From Methanomassiliicoccaceae archaeon (GTDB lineage Archaea > Thermoplasmatota > Thermoplasmata > Methanomassiliicoccales > Methanomassiliicoccaceae), in NCBI GenBank assembly GCA_963663855.1, contig OY760646.1, positions 1,076,257 to 1,140,256 on the forward strand: a DNA stretch of 64,000 nt, in the 5' to 3' direction. Below, piece after piece: positions 25,225 through 34,871 of this stretch. Below the pieces are notes generated by a model. That model was not told where the DNA came from and searched no databases. It saw nothing but the letters and a program-made list of their open reading frames with translations. The translations under genes were made by a program, and so were the position numbers. The first letter of the stretch is position 1. Every line of letters starts with the position of its first letter.

Positions 25225-25461
25225 TCACGAGTGCCGACGGTTCAGCTCCAGCTCCGGCACGTAGATGTAGCCCATGAGGTGCAACCAGTAGTACACCGCC
25301 TTCAGGTCGGCGATCTCCCAGCGCTCCCCCCGCTCCATGGAGATGGCGAACAGCGGAAAGCTAATGCTGTCATCACCACCTTGATATCGCTCCTGGAGCC
25401 ACTCGATCGCCCGGTCCATGAGGATCGATAGCTCCGTCGGCCGGTCCGTCTGAAAGCTCAT
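25225..25461 (-). CDS. hypothetical 78-aa protein (no recognisable family)
   Basis: ATG at 25461 with a GAAGGGG SD-like site 8 nt upstream and TATA-like boxes further up. Soluble, Trp/Tyr-rich. It sits 60 nt downstream of the reconstructed dfx stop. Confidence 0.35.
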   Translation of the reverse strand: MSFQTDRPTELSILMDRAIEWLQERYQGGDDSISFPLFAISMERGERWEIADLKAVYYWLHLMGYIYVPELELNRRHS

Positions 25462-25521
25462 CGTTCGCCCCTTCGAGCCCTATAGCAAAAGGAGATGTGG
25501 GCCCCTATAAAAGGGGGAAGG

Positions 25522-25895
25522 TCAGGCCTTCCATAGCCCGTGAAGGTTGCAGAACTCCCGCACCGTGAACGAGGTGGGGGTGCACCGGAACTCGCCACCG
25601 GGGGCATGCCGGGCTTGAGGTACTTCCTCATCACCCGTCCGTCCGCCACGACCTCGATCCACTCGATGTAGTGCTTCTCCTCCATGGGGTGCAGCACGCT
25701 GCCCACCGTGACCTTGATCCCGTCCGCGGTCCTCTCGACCACTGGCACGTGCTTCTCCTTGGACGCGTCCACGGTGTTCTCCACATAATGCTTCATGGGC
25801 TGCCCGCAGCACACCAGCTCGCCGGTGCTGCCGTGCACGACCTCCACCACGTTCCCGCATACGCTGCACTTGTAGACCTCGTTCAATGCCGTCAT
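25522..25895 (-). pseudogene. dfx: desulfoferrodoxin (2Fe superoxide reductase) interrupted by a single-nucleotide frameshift near codon 100
   Basis: Frame 1 (from the ATG at 25895, GGAGGAA SD) gives [27 protein letters not shown]...[51 protein letters not shown], then non-homologous sequence. The -1 frame gives ...[28 protein letters not shown], ending at 25522; this is the conserved Dfx C-terminus carrying the Cys and His centre-II ligands. The frames switch at about 25604..25612, inside a G/C run. Confidence 0.7.
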
Positions 25896-26084
25896 GTCAT
25901 TTCCTCCTGATCTGAAAGCGGACCGGACCTATGGCCATGACGCTGGTGCGACCTGACGTGCCCTCGGTCCCTTCCTATGCACCGTGCAATGACTTCTCCC
26001 CTCTTGAAGGTGGTCCCTGAGCGGCGCCATCCTCTGGGTTATGGAACGAGCGGCGCGAAGCGTGGTGCGCCGCGACCCTTAGAA

Positions 26085-29000
26085 TCACGAGACCGAGGTC
26101 GAGGGCTGCGGCGCCTTCTCCATCGCTGCCCGCTGGCCATCGCCGAACCGCCACGCCCCGGCGGGCACCATCATCACGAACCGGGCCCCCTTCCCCGTCT
26201 CGCTCTTCTCGGCGATCGATATCCCGGTGATGGAGAGGATCTCTCGCGACAGGAACAGGCCGAGACCGGTGTTCCGGCCGAAGCCCTTGCGGAACAGCTT
26301 CTTCCTATCGGCCGCGTCGATCCCCGCGCCGTCGTCCTCGTACACGATGCGGACGGCCTTGCCGTGCTTAGCGGCGGTGATGCGCACCGATCTGAGTCCA
26401 TCGCCGCCGTAGCGCAGGGAGTTGTCGATGAGGTTGTAGAACACCTTCTCCACCAGGGGGTCGGCGTACACCTCTATCTGCGAGCAGTCGTCGGTAAGCG
26501 TCACGTGGTTCAGGGGCAGCGCCGACCCCGCGTTCCGGACCAGGGCGCCCACGTCCTGCCAGACCGCGGACCGCATCCCGATCTCCTCGTAGTCCCGCAT
26601 GAAGTCCAGCTGCCTGGCAATCGCCTGCGAGGCCCTCCGCTCCTTCTCCAGAAGGTCCAGGAGCCGCTCGGAGCCGCCGGCCAGCGCCCCGCTGAGGTGT
26701 ATGTAACCGTCCAGCACCTGCAGCTGGTTCTTGACATCGTGACGGGTGATACCGGACAGCAGCGTGAGCTTCTTGTTGGCGGTGCGCAGGGCGTCCTCCG
26801 CCCGCCGCAGCTCGGTGACATCGTGGATCACGCCTTCCACCCCCGTGACGTTTCCCTCGGGGTCGTAGCACAGGCGGCTGTTGGCTATGACGTCGCGGTG
26901 CGTGCCGTCCTTGGACATCATAACCAGAGGGTAGCCGTACACCGAGCCGCTCTTGCTGATGGCCTCAATGAACGCCTTGCGGTCGTCGGGATTGGCGTAC
27001 AGGTCCGATACCTGCTTCCCTATGAGCTCGTCCGGCGAGCCGTGGCCGAGCATCCTGGCCCCGGAGGGGCTGATCATGGTGAACCGCCCCTCGATGTCGG
27101 TCTCGTACACCAGGTCCAGCAGGTTCTCCAGGATCGTGCGGTGCTTCTCCTCGCTGTGGTGCAATGCGTCCTCGGTGCGCTTGCGGTCGGTGATGTCGAT
27201 GAACGTGGCCATGAAGAACTGGTCGAAGGCGATGCCGCTGACGATCACGTCCCTGACGGACCCATCCTTGCACGTGATGCGGTACTCCACCGGCTCGATG
27301 TCCTCGCCGCTCTCCCTGGCCCTCCGCAGCCCCTCCTCCCAGCGCTCCACGGCCCATCGCCGGTAGCGCTCGTCAGGGTACGCCTTGGACCACCAGTCCT
27401 CTATCGTCCGGATGTCCTCGGGGGTGTATCCGAACACCTGATGGAAGCGGTTGTTGTTGGAATGGAACCTACCGTCGTAGAACACCAGGCACAGGGGGAT
27501 GGGGAGCAGGGTGATGAGCTGCCCGAACTGCCTCTCCCGCTCCAGGAGCGCCTCCTCGGTGCGCTTCCGCTCGGTGATGTCCACGAACGAGGCGGCCATG
27601 TGGCCGGCGGACGTCTGGAAGGCGGTGACGGAGAAGGCCCCGATGACCGACCCGCCCTCGTACGCTATCTGGTCGTCCATCCACACCCCTCCCTCCTGGG
27701 CGATCAGGCGGTACCGCTGGGGCACCTCGGTGCCCACCAGGGAGGGGAAGGCCGACTCGATGGTGGTGCCGACCAGCCGCCCGTGCTCCAGCCCCAGGAT
27801 CCGGTCGGCGCTGGGATTAGCGCCCGTAAGCACCAAGGACCCGTCGGGCCTCAGCTCGTAGAAGTGCATGCCGTAAGGAGAGTTTAACACGATGTTGCGG
27901 TACCGTTCTTCGCTCTCGGCCACCGCCCACTCCACCCTGATGCGGTCGGTGATGTCCCGCCCGTGGAAGAGCAGCCCCCGCACGCCCTCGACCTCCGGCA
28001 GGTACGTAAGGATCCCTTCCAGGAAGATGGTGTTCCCCCCGTGGTCCCGGCCGCACAGGAAGGGTATCTTCACCGGCCGGCCAGGCTCCTCCATCGCTTT
28101 CCGCGCGGCCTCGATTATCGTCCTGCCCTCCTCCGGTCCCGCGCCCAGCGGGGAGCCCTCGCCTAAGGCGTTCCGGCCCAGCACCTGATCCTCGGTGCGC
28201 CCGATGAGGCGCAGCACCGAGGGGCTCACATAGAGGTACGTGCCCTTCACGTCGGTGATGGTCGTCAGGTCGGAGATGTTCTCGATGAACGCACGGAACC
28301 TCTCCTCCGAGCTTCGTAGCGCGGCCTGGCTGGCCTTCAGGCCTTCCACGCTGCGGCGCAGTTCTTCCTTATCGGCGGTGAGCCGCTCGTTCACCGATTG
28401 CCGCTCCGCCTCCGCCCTCTTGATGGCCGTGACATCGTTGAAGGCGATCCCCAGGCCGTCGCCCACCTTGAACGCCTTGATGGAGTAGCACAGCTCCCCG
28501 CTCGCATCGGGCACCATCATGGTGCCGACGAACGGCTCGCCGGTGCGGACGACCTCCTGGAAGCGCTCTTGCTCTCTCCGCTCCTCGACCCAGGGCAGCA
28601 GCTCGGCATAGCCCCGGCCCATCAAATCTTCCTTCCTGGTCCCCTCGGGAAGGCAGGCCATGGCGTTGCGGTTAAGGTCCACCATCCTCAGGTCCTTGTC
28701 CCAGATCATGAAGGAATCGGAGGCGGAGTCCATGAAGGTCTGCAGCCTCTCCTTGCTTTCCCTCAGCTCCCGCTCCCTGCTCATCATCTCGCTGATGCTC
28801 TCGCGCAGCCTCTCCTCGGAGGCGGTGAGGCGCTCGTTGGCGTTCCGCAACCCGTCCTCGGCCCTGACCCGGGCGGTGATGTCGCGGATGGACTCGATGG
28901 CCCCGACCACCGCCCCGCTCTGGTCGAACAGCGGCCCGGCCTTGCCCATGAGGGTGACCGGGCGCCCGTCCAAGCGTGGAAGGATCGTTTCCGCGATGAG

Positions 29001-29660
29001 GAACTCGCCGTCATGCTGGACGTGCTCGTAGTGGACCATGTATGCCGCGTCCGGCTCCAGGATGAGGTCGATGAGCATCTTGCGCCGCGCGCCGTAGAGC
29101 GGGAGAGCGTACTCGAAGTCGCCCTTGCCCAGTATGTCGGCCGCGAGGACGCCGCTCATCTCCTCGATGGCCCGGTTCCACGCGATGACGTGGCCGTGCC
29201 GGTCTATGGCGAAGGTGGCGTCGGGCAGGAAGTTGATGATGTCCGCGAGCCGCTTCTCGGAGTTCTTGAGCGCCAGCTCCGCGCTCCTGCGGTTCACCGC
29301 CTGCCTGATCTTGTAGGCCAGCTCGGTGAACAGGGCGGCGGGGTCCCCTCCCTTCTGCAGGTAGAAGTCCGCGCCCTCGTTGAGCGCCTGGATGACGATC
29401 TCCTCCCGGCCCCGGCCGGTGAACAGGATGAACGGGATGTTGTTGCCGGACGCCCTCACCTGCCGCAGGAGCTCGATGCCGTCCATCTCCGGCATCTGGT
29501 AGTCGGAGATGATGGCGTCGTACTTCTTCTCCCTTATCAGGACCTGGGCCTCCACCGCCGAGGTGACGGTGTCGATGGTGAACTGCCCCAGGCTCTCCAG
29601 GAACAGTTTGGCGATGTCAAGGAGGCCCGCTTCATCATCGACGTACAGGATGGAGAACAT
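26085..29660 (-). CDS. hybrid sensor histidine kinase: N-terminal response-regulator receiver, then at least five PAS/PAC domains, then the kinase core
   Basis: ATG at 29660. Receiver domain MFSILYVDDEAGLLD...AIISDYQMPEMDGIEL...ILFTGRG, multiple PAS signatures, an H-box LSGITRHDVKNQL, and HATPase_c (NLIDNSLRYGG...YEDDGAGI...GLGLFLSREI). The listed 636-aa plus-strand ORF at 25977..27887 is antisense and spurious. Confidence 0.85.
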   Translation of the reverse strand: MFSILYVDDEAGLLDIAKLFLESLGQFTIDTVTSAVEAQVLIREKKYDAIISDYQMPEMDGIELLRQVRASGNNIPFILFTGRGREEIVIQALNEGADFYLQKGGDPAALFTELAYKIRQAVNRRSAELALKNSEKRLADIINFLPDATFAIDRHGHVIAWNRAIEEMSGVLAADILGKGDFEYALPLYGARRKMLIDLILEPDAAYMVHYEHVQHDGEFLIAETILPRLDGRPVTLMGKAGPLFDQSGAVVGAIESIRDITARVRAEDGLRNANERLTASEERLRESISEMMSRERELRESKERLQTFMDSASDSFMIWDKDLRMVDLNRNAMACLPEGTRKEDLMGRGYAELLPWVEERREQERFQEVVRTGEPFVGTMMVPDASGELCYSIKAFKVGDGLGIAFNDVTAIKRAEAERQSVNERLTADKEELRRSVEGLKASQAALRSSEERFRAFIENISDLTTITDVKGTYLYVSPSVLRLIGRTEDQVLGRNALGEGSPLGAGPEEGRTIIEAARKAMEEPGRPVKIPFLCGRDHGGNTIFLEGILTYLPEVEGVRGLLFHGRDITDRIRVEWAVAESEERYRNIVLNSPYGMHFYELRPDGSLVLTGANPSADRILGLEHGRLVGTTIESAFPSLVGTEVPQRYRLIAQEGGVWMDDQIAYEGGSVIGAFSVTAFQTSAGHMAASFVDITERKRTEEALLERERQFGQLITLLPIPLCLVFYDGRFHSNNNRFHQVFGYTPEDIRTIEDWWSKAYPDERYRRWAVERWEEGLRRARESGEDIEPVEYRITCKDGSVRDVIVSGIAFDQFFMATFIDITDRKRTEDALHHSEEKHRTILENLLDLVYETDIEGRFTMISPSGARMLGHGSPDELIGKQVSDLYANPDDRKAFIEAISKSGSVYGYPLVMMSKDGTHRDVIANSRLCYDPEGNVTGVEGVIHDVTELRRAEDALRTANKKLTLLSGITRHDVKNQLQVLDGYIHLSGALAGGSERLLDLLEKERRASQAIARQLDFMRDYEEIGMRSAVWQDVGALVRNAGSALPLNHVTLTDDCSQIEVYADPLVEKVFYNLIDNSLRYGGDGLRSVRITAAKHGKAVRIVYEDDGAGIDAADRKKLFRKGFGRNTGLGLFLSREILSITGISIAEKSETGKGARFVMMVPAGAWRFGDGQRAAMEKAPQPSTSVS

Positions 29661-29847
29661 GGGATATCGCCTTGAGGGTGGTGGTAAGAAGCATCGGTCC
29701 CGGCTCGCTCCGGTCGGCCCCAGTAAGGGGACGGCGGCTATAAAGGGTGCTATCCGGCCATCGCCACGATGAAACATGGCCCGTACCGGCGAACGTACGT
29801 GCGGTGGGCTGCTGACGATGGGCGAGGAGCCGGACCGAGGACGATGT

Positions 29848-30759
29848 TCAGTCGCCCTCGTCCGCGGTGCTGGGGTCGGTGGCGCGCATGGCCCGCAGGC
29901 CGTCCTCGAAGCCCATCATGCGGAGGTCGAACTCCGCCTCCGCCTTCTGGGAGCTAAGGCATAGGTATCGTCCGCGACGGGCCGCTAGTCCAGCGTCAGC
30001 CACGCTGCCGCGGGAGCACAGATCCGGTGAGAGGGAGAACACCTCCGCCACCTTCCGGCCCATCTCGTAGCGGTCCAGGCAGTCGGCGCCGGCCACGTGG
30101 TACGTCCCCCTCCCTCCGGCCGCCAGCATCTTCAGGAGCACCTTGGCGGCGTGGGGCGCGTAGGTGGGGCAGGTCATGCGGTCGGTGAACAGGTTCAGCC
30201 GCTCGCCCGCCCGCAGCCGGTGCAGGGCCCAGGTCACGAAGTTGTCCTTGTCGATCATGTTGTTCCAGCCGTACAGCAGGGAGATGCGGGCCACGATGTT
30301 GCGGTAGTCCGCGTCCATGGTGATCCTCTCCGCCTCCAGCTTGGTCTGAGCGTAGATGCCCAGCGGGTCGGGGGTGTCGAACTCGTAGTACCGCTCGCCC
30401 TTCTGACCGTTGAACACCGCGTCGGTGGAGACGTACAGGAGCCTGATATCGTTCAGCTTGCAGGCCGCGGCCACGTTCAGGGTGCCCTCGGCGTTGACCT
30501 CCCACGCCTCCTGGGGGTTGTTCTCGCACCTATCTAGATCGGTGATGCCGGCGGCCAGCACCACCGCCTCCGGTCTCGTGGAGCGAAGGAGCTCGGTGAC
30601 CTCCCCCTCGTTACGCACGTCCAGGTGAACCAGGTTCCGCGTCCCCCTCTTGTCATCGTTATCGTGGTACGTGGCGGTGACCTCCCAGCCCAGCTGGTAG
30701 GCCTCCAGCACCATGTACTGGCCCAGCAGGCCGGTCCCGCCGATGATCAGCAGCCTCAT
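29848..30759 (-). CDS. rfbD: dTDP-4-dehydrorhamnose reductase-like NAD(P)-dependent SDR (RmlD family)
   Basis: MRLLIIGGTGLLGQY Rossmann motif and RmlD-like length and layout (YVSTDAVFNG...Y..TK). ATG at 30759 (GTG alternative at 30762). Confidence 0.7.
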   Translation of the reverse strand: MRLLIIGGTGLLGQYMVLEAYQLGWEVTATYHDNDDKRGTRNLVHLDVRNEGEVTELLRSTRPEAVVLAAGITDLDRCENNPQEAWEVNAEGTLNVAAACKLNDIRLLYVSTDAVFNGQKGERYYEFDTPDPLGIYAQTKLEAERITMDADYRNIVARISLLYGWNNMIDKDNFVTWALHRLRAGERLNLFTDRMTCPTYAPHAAKVLLKMLAAGGRGTYHVAGADCLDRYEMGRKVAEVFSLSPDLCSRGSVADAGLAARRGRYLCLSSQKAEAEFDLRMMGFEDGLRAMRATDPSTADEGD

Positions 30760-30932
30760 CACGGAGGAATCGTCACCCGGATGATTATAATATTGCCCCG
30801 CGGCGCACCCCGGCCGGCAACTATGGGAGCGGAGCGATGCGGAACGGTCTTGATCCCCCAGTGGTGGAGCATGGGTCGGTGCCGCCTTCGGCTCCGGGAC
30901 CAGATTATCACGAAATGAAATAATAGAATTTG

Positions 30933-30943
30933 TTTATAATAAT
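30933..30943 (+). promoter_or_regulatory. TATA-like box about 30 nt upstream of the flotillin start
   Basis: tttataataat precedes the ATG at 30972 by about 30 nt, archaeal BRE/TATA-like spacing with a very short leader. Confidence 0.3.
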
Positions 30944-30971
30944 CCTACGTGTTTTTACAGCGGGGAAGCCT

Positions 30972-33029
30972 ATGGTCGACATCGTGTTATTGGCCGTTGT
31001 CGCGGTGGTACTGGTGGTGGTAGCGATCTTCGTCTACTCCGGCCTGTACCTTATCCAGGACAACGAGGTGGGAATAAAGCGGAAGAAGATGTTCGGCAAG
31101 AGCATGCCGCAGGGGCACATCATCGCCCTCGACGGTGAGGTGGGCATACAGGCGGACACGCTCATGCCCGGCCTGTACTGGAAGATGCCGTTCATCTGGA
31201 CGGTGGAGAAGGTCAACGTCATCAACATCGGGCCGGACTGGATCGGCATGGTCAACGCCATTGACGGGAGGCCCATGCAGAAGGGCCGAGTGCTCGGTGA
31301 CGAGGTGGAGAGCAACAACTTCCAGGACGCCAAGATGTTCCTGCAGAACGGCGGCACCAAGGGGCCGCAGGTGGCGATCCTGAGGCCCGGGGTCTACCGG
31401 ATCAACATGGCCGCCTTCAACATCACCATGAACCGGGCGACCAGGATAGAGGAGGAGATGATCGGCATCGTCATCGCCGAGGACGGCAAGCCGCTGCCCT
31501 CCGGTTTCCTGATCGCTCCCAAGCCTCCGGAGGACCCCTCGGAGGAGCACCCCCACTCCAGGACGCACAAGCACTTCACCGATGGGCAGGCGTTCGTGGA
31601 CTCGGGCGGATACAGGGGAACGCAGCAGGAGTCCCTGCAGCCTGGTGTCTATTACATCAACCCCACCCAGTTCACGGTCAAGCCGGTGAAGATCCAGGAG
31701 GTCCCGCCGGGGTACGTGGCGGTCATCCGGTCCAACATCGGGATAGAGCTGGAGTCGAACAAGGGCGCGCCGTGCGACAACACAGGTACGGACGACATCG
31801 GGACGCCGGTGCACGAGGAGTCGGAGACGCTGCTCATCACCAACAAGAACGTCCGGGGCATATGGAAGGAGCCGGTGGCGCCGGGCAAGTACAACCTGAA
31901 CCCGCTGGCCTTCACCCCGTACCTGGTGCCGACCAGCGCCATCACCATCGACTGGGCCAACGACATACCGAAGAACCGTGAGGCGAACCAGAGGGCGGAC
32001 GATTTCTTCAAGTTCAGCCAGCTGAAGGTCACCAGCTCGGACGCGTTCACCCTGGACGTGGACGTGAGGATGATCATCCGCATCCGGCCGGAGAACGCTC
32101 CCTTCGTCATCGCCCGCTTCGGCTCGGTGGAGAACCTCATCCAGCAGATCGTGCACCCGCTTATCGACTCCTCCTTCCGCAACAAGGCCGGAAACGAGAA
32201 GGCGATCGAGTTCATCAAGAGCAGGACCAGGCTGCAGGAGGAAGCTTTGAACACGGCGAGGAAGGAGTTCGATAAGTACCACGTGGAGGCGCAGAACCTG
32301 CTGGTATCGTACATCCTGGCCCCGCCCGAGCTGATGAAGACCCAGACCGACAAGGAGATCGCGGAGCAGCAGCTGGCCCAGTTCCAGAAGCAGGCCGAGG
32401 CCCAGGAGGTGAGGAAGGACGTCATGTCCAAGACCGCCCAGGCCGACAAGCAGGGAGAGGTGGTGGCGGCGAAGCTGTCCATCGAGATCGAGCAGAGCAG
32501 GGCCGACGCCAGGAAGAAGTCGGCGGAGGGCGACAAGGCCTCCGCCATGATACTGGCCGAGGGAGAGAGCTACAAGCTGCAGAAGATGGCGGAGGGCGAG
32601 GCGGCCAAGATACGGTCGCTGGCCGAGGCGGAGGCGGCGAGGACGCAGATGACCGCCAAGGCCGACGCGGCCAAGGTCACGTACCTGGGTGAGGCCGATG
32701 CTTCAAGGATCAGGAACGTGGGCGAGTCCGAAGCGTACTCCCAGAGGGCGGTTGGTGAAGCGATGGCGGACGCCTATCGGGCGCAGGTGGAGGCCATGGG
32801 CGGGGACAACATCGCCCGCCTGAAGATGGTCGAGGCCATCGCCGAGGGGAACATCAAGATCATCCCCGACATACTGGTGTCCAGCAGCGGTGCGACGGGC
32901 AGCCTGAGCGACATGCTGACCCTGTTCCTCACGCAGAAGGTGGTCAAGGAAGCTGAGATGCCCAAGGAAATGGCGGAACCGAAGGCCGAGATCAAGGAGA
33001 AGAAGGCAGAGGAGGAAGAGCCGCTCTAA
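30972..33029 (+). CDS. flotillin-like SPFH/Band-7 domain membrane protein
   Basis: N-terminal TM (IVLLAVVAVVLVVVAIFVYSGLYL); SPFH region; a long flotillin-type coiled-coil rich in EA/AE repeats (QAEAQEVRKD...AEGEAAKIRSLAEAEAARTQ); an acidic, Lys-rich C-terminus. Confidence 0.8.
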   Translation: MVDIVLLAVVAVVLVVVAIFVYSGLYLIQDNEVGIKRKKMFGKSMPQGHIIALDGEVGIQADTLMPGLYWKMPFIWTVEKVNVINIGPDWIGMVNAIDGRPMQKGRVLGDEVESNNFQDAKMFLQNGGTKGPQVAILRPGVYRINMAAFNITMNRATRIEEEMIGIVIAEDGKPLPSGFLIAPKPPEDPSEEHPHSRTHKHFTDGQAFVDSGGYRGTQQESLQPGVYYINPTQFTVKPVKIQEVPPGYVAVIRSNIGIELESNKGAPCDNTGTDDIGTPVHEESETLLITNKNVRGIWKEPVAPGKYNLNPLAFTPYLVPTSAITIDWANDIPKNREANQRADDFFKFSQLKVTSSDAFTLDVDVRMIIRIRPENAPFVIARFGSVENLIQQIVHPLIDSSFRNKAGNEKAIEFIKSRTRLQEEALNTARKEFDKYHVEAQNLLVSYILAPPELMKTQTDKEIAEQQLAQFQKQAEAQEVRKDVMSKTAQADKQGEVVAAKLSIEIEQSRADARKKSAEGDKASAMILAEGESYKLQKMAEGEAAKIRSLAEAEAARTQMTAKADAAKVTYLGEADASRIRNVGESEAYSQRAVGEAMADAYRAQVEAMGGDNIARLKMVEAIAEGNIKIIPDILVSSSGATGSLSDMLTLFLTQKVVKEAEMPKEMAEPKAEIKEKKAEEEEPL

Positions 33030-33030
33030 A

Positions 33031-33056
33031 AACCCTTTCATCTCCCCTTTTTTTTC
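33031..33056 (+). terminator. C-rich then T9 tract after the flotillin gene
   Basis: aaccctttcatctcccctttttttttcg lies directly after the TAA stop. Confidence 0.4.
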
Positions 33057-33338
33057 GAGCCAGAGCATGCATGAATAATCTGCATACCGATCTGAACTTA
33101 TCACATGACATCGTCCAGCGCGGTATATCTGTACTGGACAGGCTGCCTGTCAACCAGCCCAATGTGACGCCCCATGACGCCTGAACGAGAAAGGAAGGGG
33201 GCAGTTGCAAGCCCCGCAACGGGGGCGGTTGACGTTTACTGAGATTATTTACGCGAATGGGAAGGAGGTGAGAACGAACCTTAGCAAGAAAAATTGGAAA
33301 CCCGTAAATATGCAGGCGCATTATCGGGCCTCGATATA

Positions 33339-34826
33339 ATGGAGATGACCATAGAAAGGACGGAAAAAGGCAACGGGGCGATCCTGTTGGTCCTGGCCAG
33401 CATGGCCATGATTGTGATGTGGGTTGAGATAATGATTGTCCCCGCACTACCCACCATGGCCCGGGACTTTCCGAACCAGGTGGACTGGCTTCCATGGGTC
33501 CTTTCCATCTACCTCCTGGTCGGTGCGGTGGCCACGCCCCTGGCCGGCAGGCTCGGTGACATCTATGGAAAGAAGAAGATACTTCTGATAATCATGGCCA
33601 TATATGTCGTGGCGCTGCTGGGGTGCGGCTTCTCCCTGGAGATCTCCAACGCGCTCCTGGGCGAGCATAACATCTTCGTGCTGCTGTTCTTCCGCGGCAT
33701 GCAGGGCATCGGCATGGGAATGTTCACGTTGGCCTTCGGCATCGTGCGCGACACGTTCCCTCGGGACAAGATACCAGTGGCCATCGGCATGATCTCGGCC
33801 ATGTTCTCCGTGGGTGTGAGCATCGGCCTGGTGGGAGGGGGCTACATCACCTCGGTGGCGAGGTGGACCGACGCGTTCCACGTCATCGTGCCGTTCTTCT
33901 TCGTCCTTACCATTGCCGCCGCGTACCTCATTCGTGACCCATGCTACGTGTGCAAGGGCAAGCTCGACATACCGGGCGCCGCTACGCTGGGCATCGGCGT
34001 GGTCGCCCTCCTTCTAGCGCTCACGGAGGGCGACGACTGGGGCTGGGAGAGCAGCGCGGTGCTGGCGCTGTTCGCCACCTCCATCATCAGCTTCGTCATC
34101 TTCGTGCTGATCGAGCGCAGGAGCCAGGACCCCATCGTGCGTCCGTCGCTGCTCGCGCACCGCGGCATCCTGGGCGTCAACATCGTGGCGCTGTTCGTCG
34201 GCCTGACCATGTTCATGGTGTACCAGACCGTCCCCTACTTTCTCGAGCTTCCAGTGGCCGCGGGCGGTTACTATGGACTGAGCGACACCTTCACCGTCGG
34301 CCTGTACATGCTGCCCAGTGCCGCCGCCCAGCTGTTGGTCGGCCCCTACGGCGGCAAGCTCTCCAAGAAGGTCGGGCCGTCCAGCGTGCTCGCTCTCGGC
34401 ATGGCAATCCTCACCGCCGGTTTCCTGTCCCTGGTGTTCCTCAACTCCGACTTCTGGCAGTTGACGGTGTCGATGCTCATCTTCGGCTGCGGGGTGGCGC
34501 TGTGCATGGTGTCCATGATCAACGTGGTGGTGGCGTCCGCGGCGCAGAGCGAGTTCGGCGTGGCGTCGGGCATGAACACCCTGTTCCGCATCGTGGGCGG
34601 CTCTATCGGCCCGGTGCTGGCCGCTGTCGTCCTCACGGCTAGCTCCATCTCCTATCCGGTGGCGCCGGGCGTTGTAATTGAACTGTACGCCGTGGACGGC
34701 TTCGTGCAGACGTGGTGGCTGGGCCTCGGCTTCGCCATCGTGGGCCTGATCGCCGCCATCGTCCTGCGCCCCCAGGGCCAGGGCGATGCCGTGAAGGAGG
34801 AAGAGCGTCCGTCCAGAACGGTGTGA
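33339..34826 (+). CDS. MFS transporter, 14-TM DHA2 (EmrB/QacA-like) type
   Basis: About 14 hydrophobic helices with MFS signatures (GRLGDIYGKKKILL, LLFFRGMQGIGMG). The first in-frame ATG is 33339, preceded by GATATAAT. Confidence 0.8.
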   Translation: MEMTIERTEKGNGAILLVLASMAMIVMWVEIMIVPALPTMARDFPNQVDWLPWVLSIYLLVGAVATPLAGRLGDIYGKKKILLIIMAIYVVALLGCGFSLEISNALLGEHNIFVLLFFRGMQGIGMGMFTLAFGIVRDTFPRDKIPVAIGMISAMFSVGVSIGLVGGGYITSVARWTDAFHVIVPFFFVLTIAAAYLIRDPCYVCKGKLDIPGAATLGIGVVALLLALTEGDDWGWESSAVLALFATSIISFVIFVLIERRSQDPIVRPSLLAHRGILGVNIVALFVGLTMFMVYQTVPYFLELPVAAGGYYGLSDTFTVGLYMLPSAAAQLLVGPYGGKLSKKVGPSSVLALGMAILTAGFLSLVFLNSDFWQLTVSMLIFGCGVALCMVSMINVVVASAAQSEFGVASGMNTLFRIVGGSIGPVLAAVVLTASSISYPVAPGVVIELYAVDGFVQTWWLGLGFAIVGLIAAIVLRPQGQGDAVKEEERPSRTV

Positions 34827-34871
34827 GCGGCGACGGAAGTCTCTTATCCCTCACCGCCCGTAGGGCACTGG

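Noticed and set aside
25458-25895. Listed 145-aa ORF taken at face value as an intact long desulfoferrodoxin.
   Set aside because: Only the first roughly 100 aa are Dfx-like. The true C-terminus, with the CNLHG ligand motif, is in the -1 frame. It is reported instead as a frameshifted gene, 25522..25895.
25977-27887. 636-aa plus-strand ORF antisense to the hybrid histidine kinase. Similar long antisense ORFs occur at 20042..21781, 13848..14879, 28398..29675, 30987..32282, 43015..44337, 44350..45594, 48535..50178, 48707..50092 and 60835..62559.
   Set aside because: In a genome at this GC, stop codons are rare in antisense frames. The opposite-strand frames carry clear family motifs (P-type ATPase, HATPase_c, flotillin, Ig repeats), and the antisense translations are Arg/Gly/Pro-rich low-complexity sequence.
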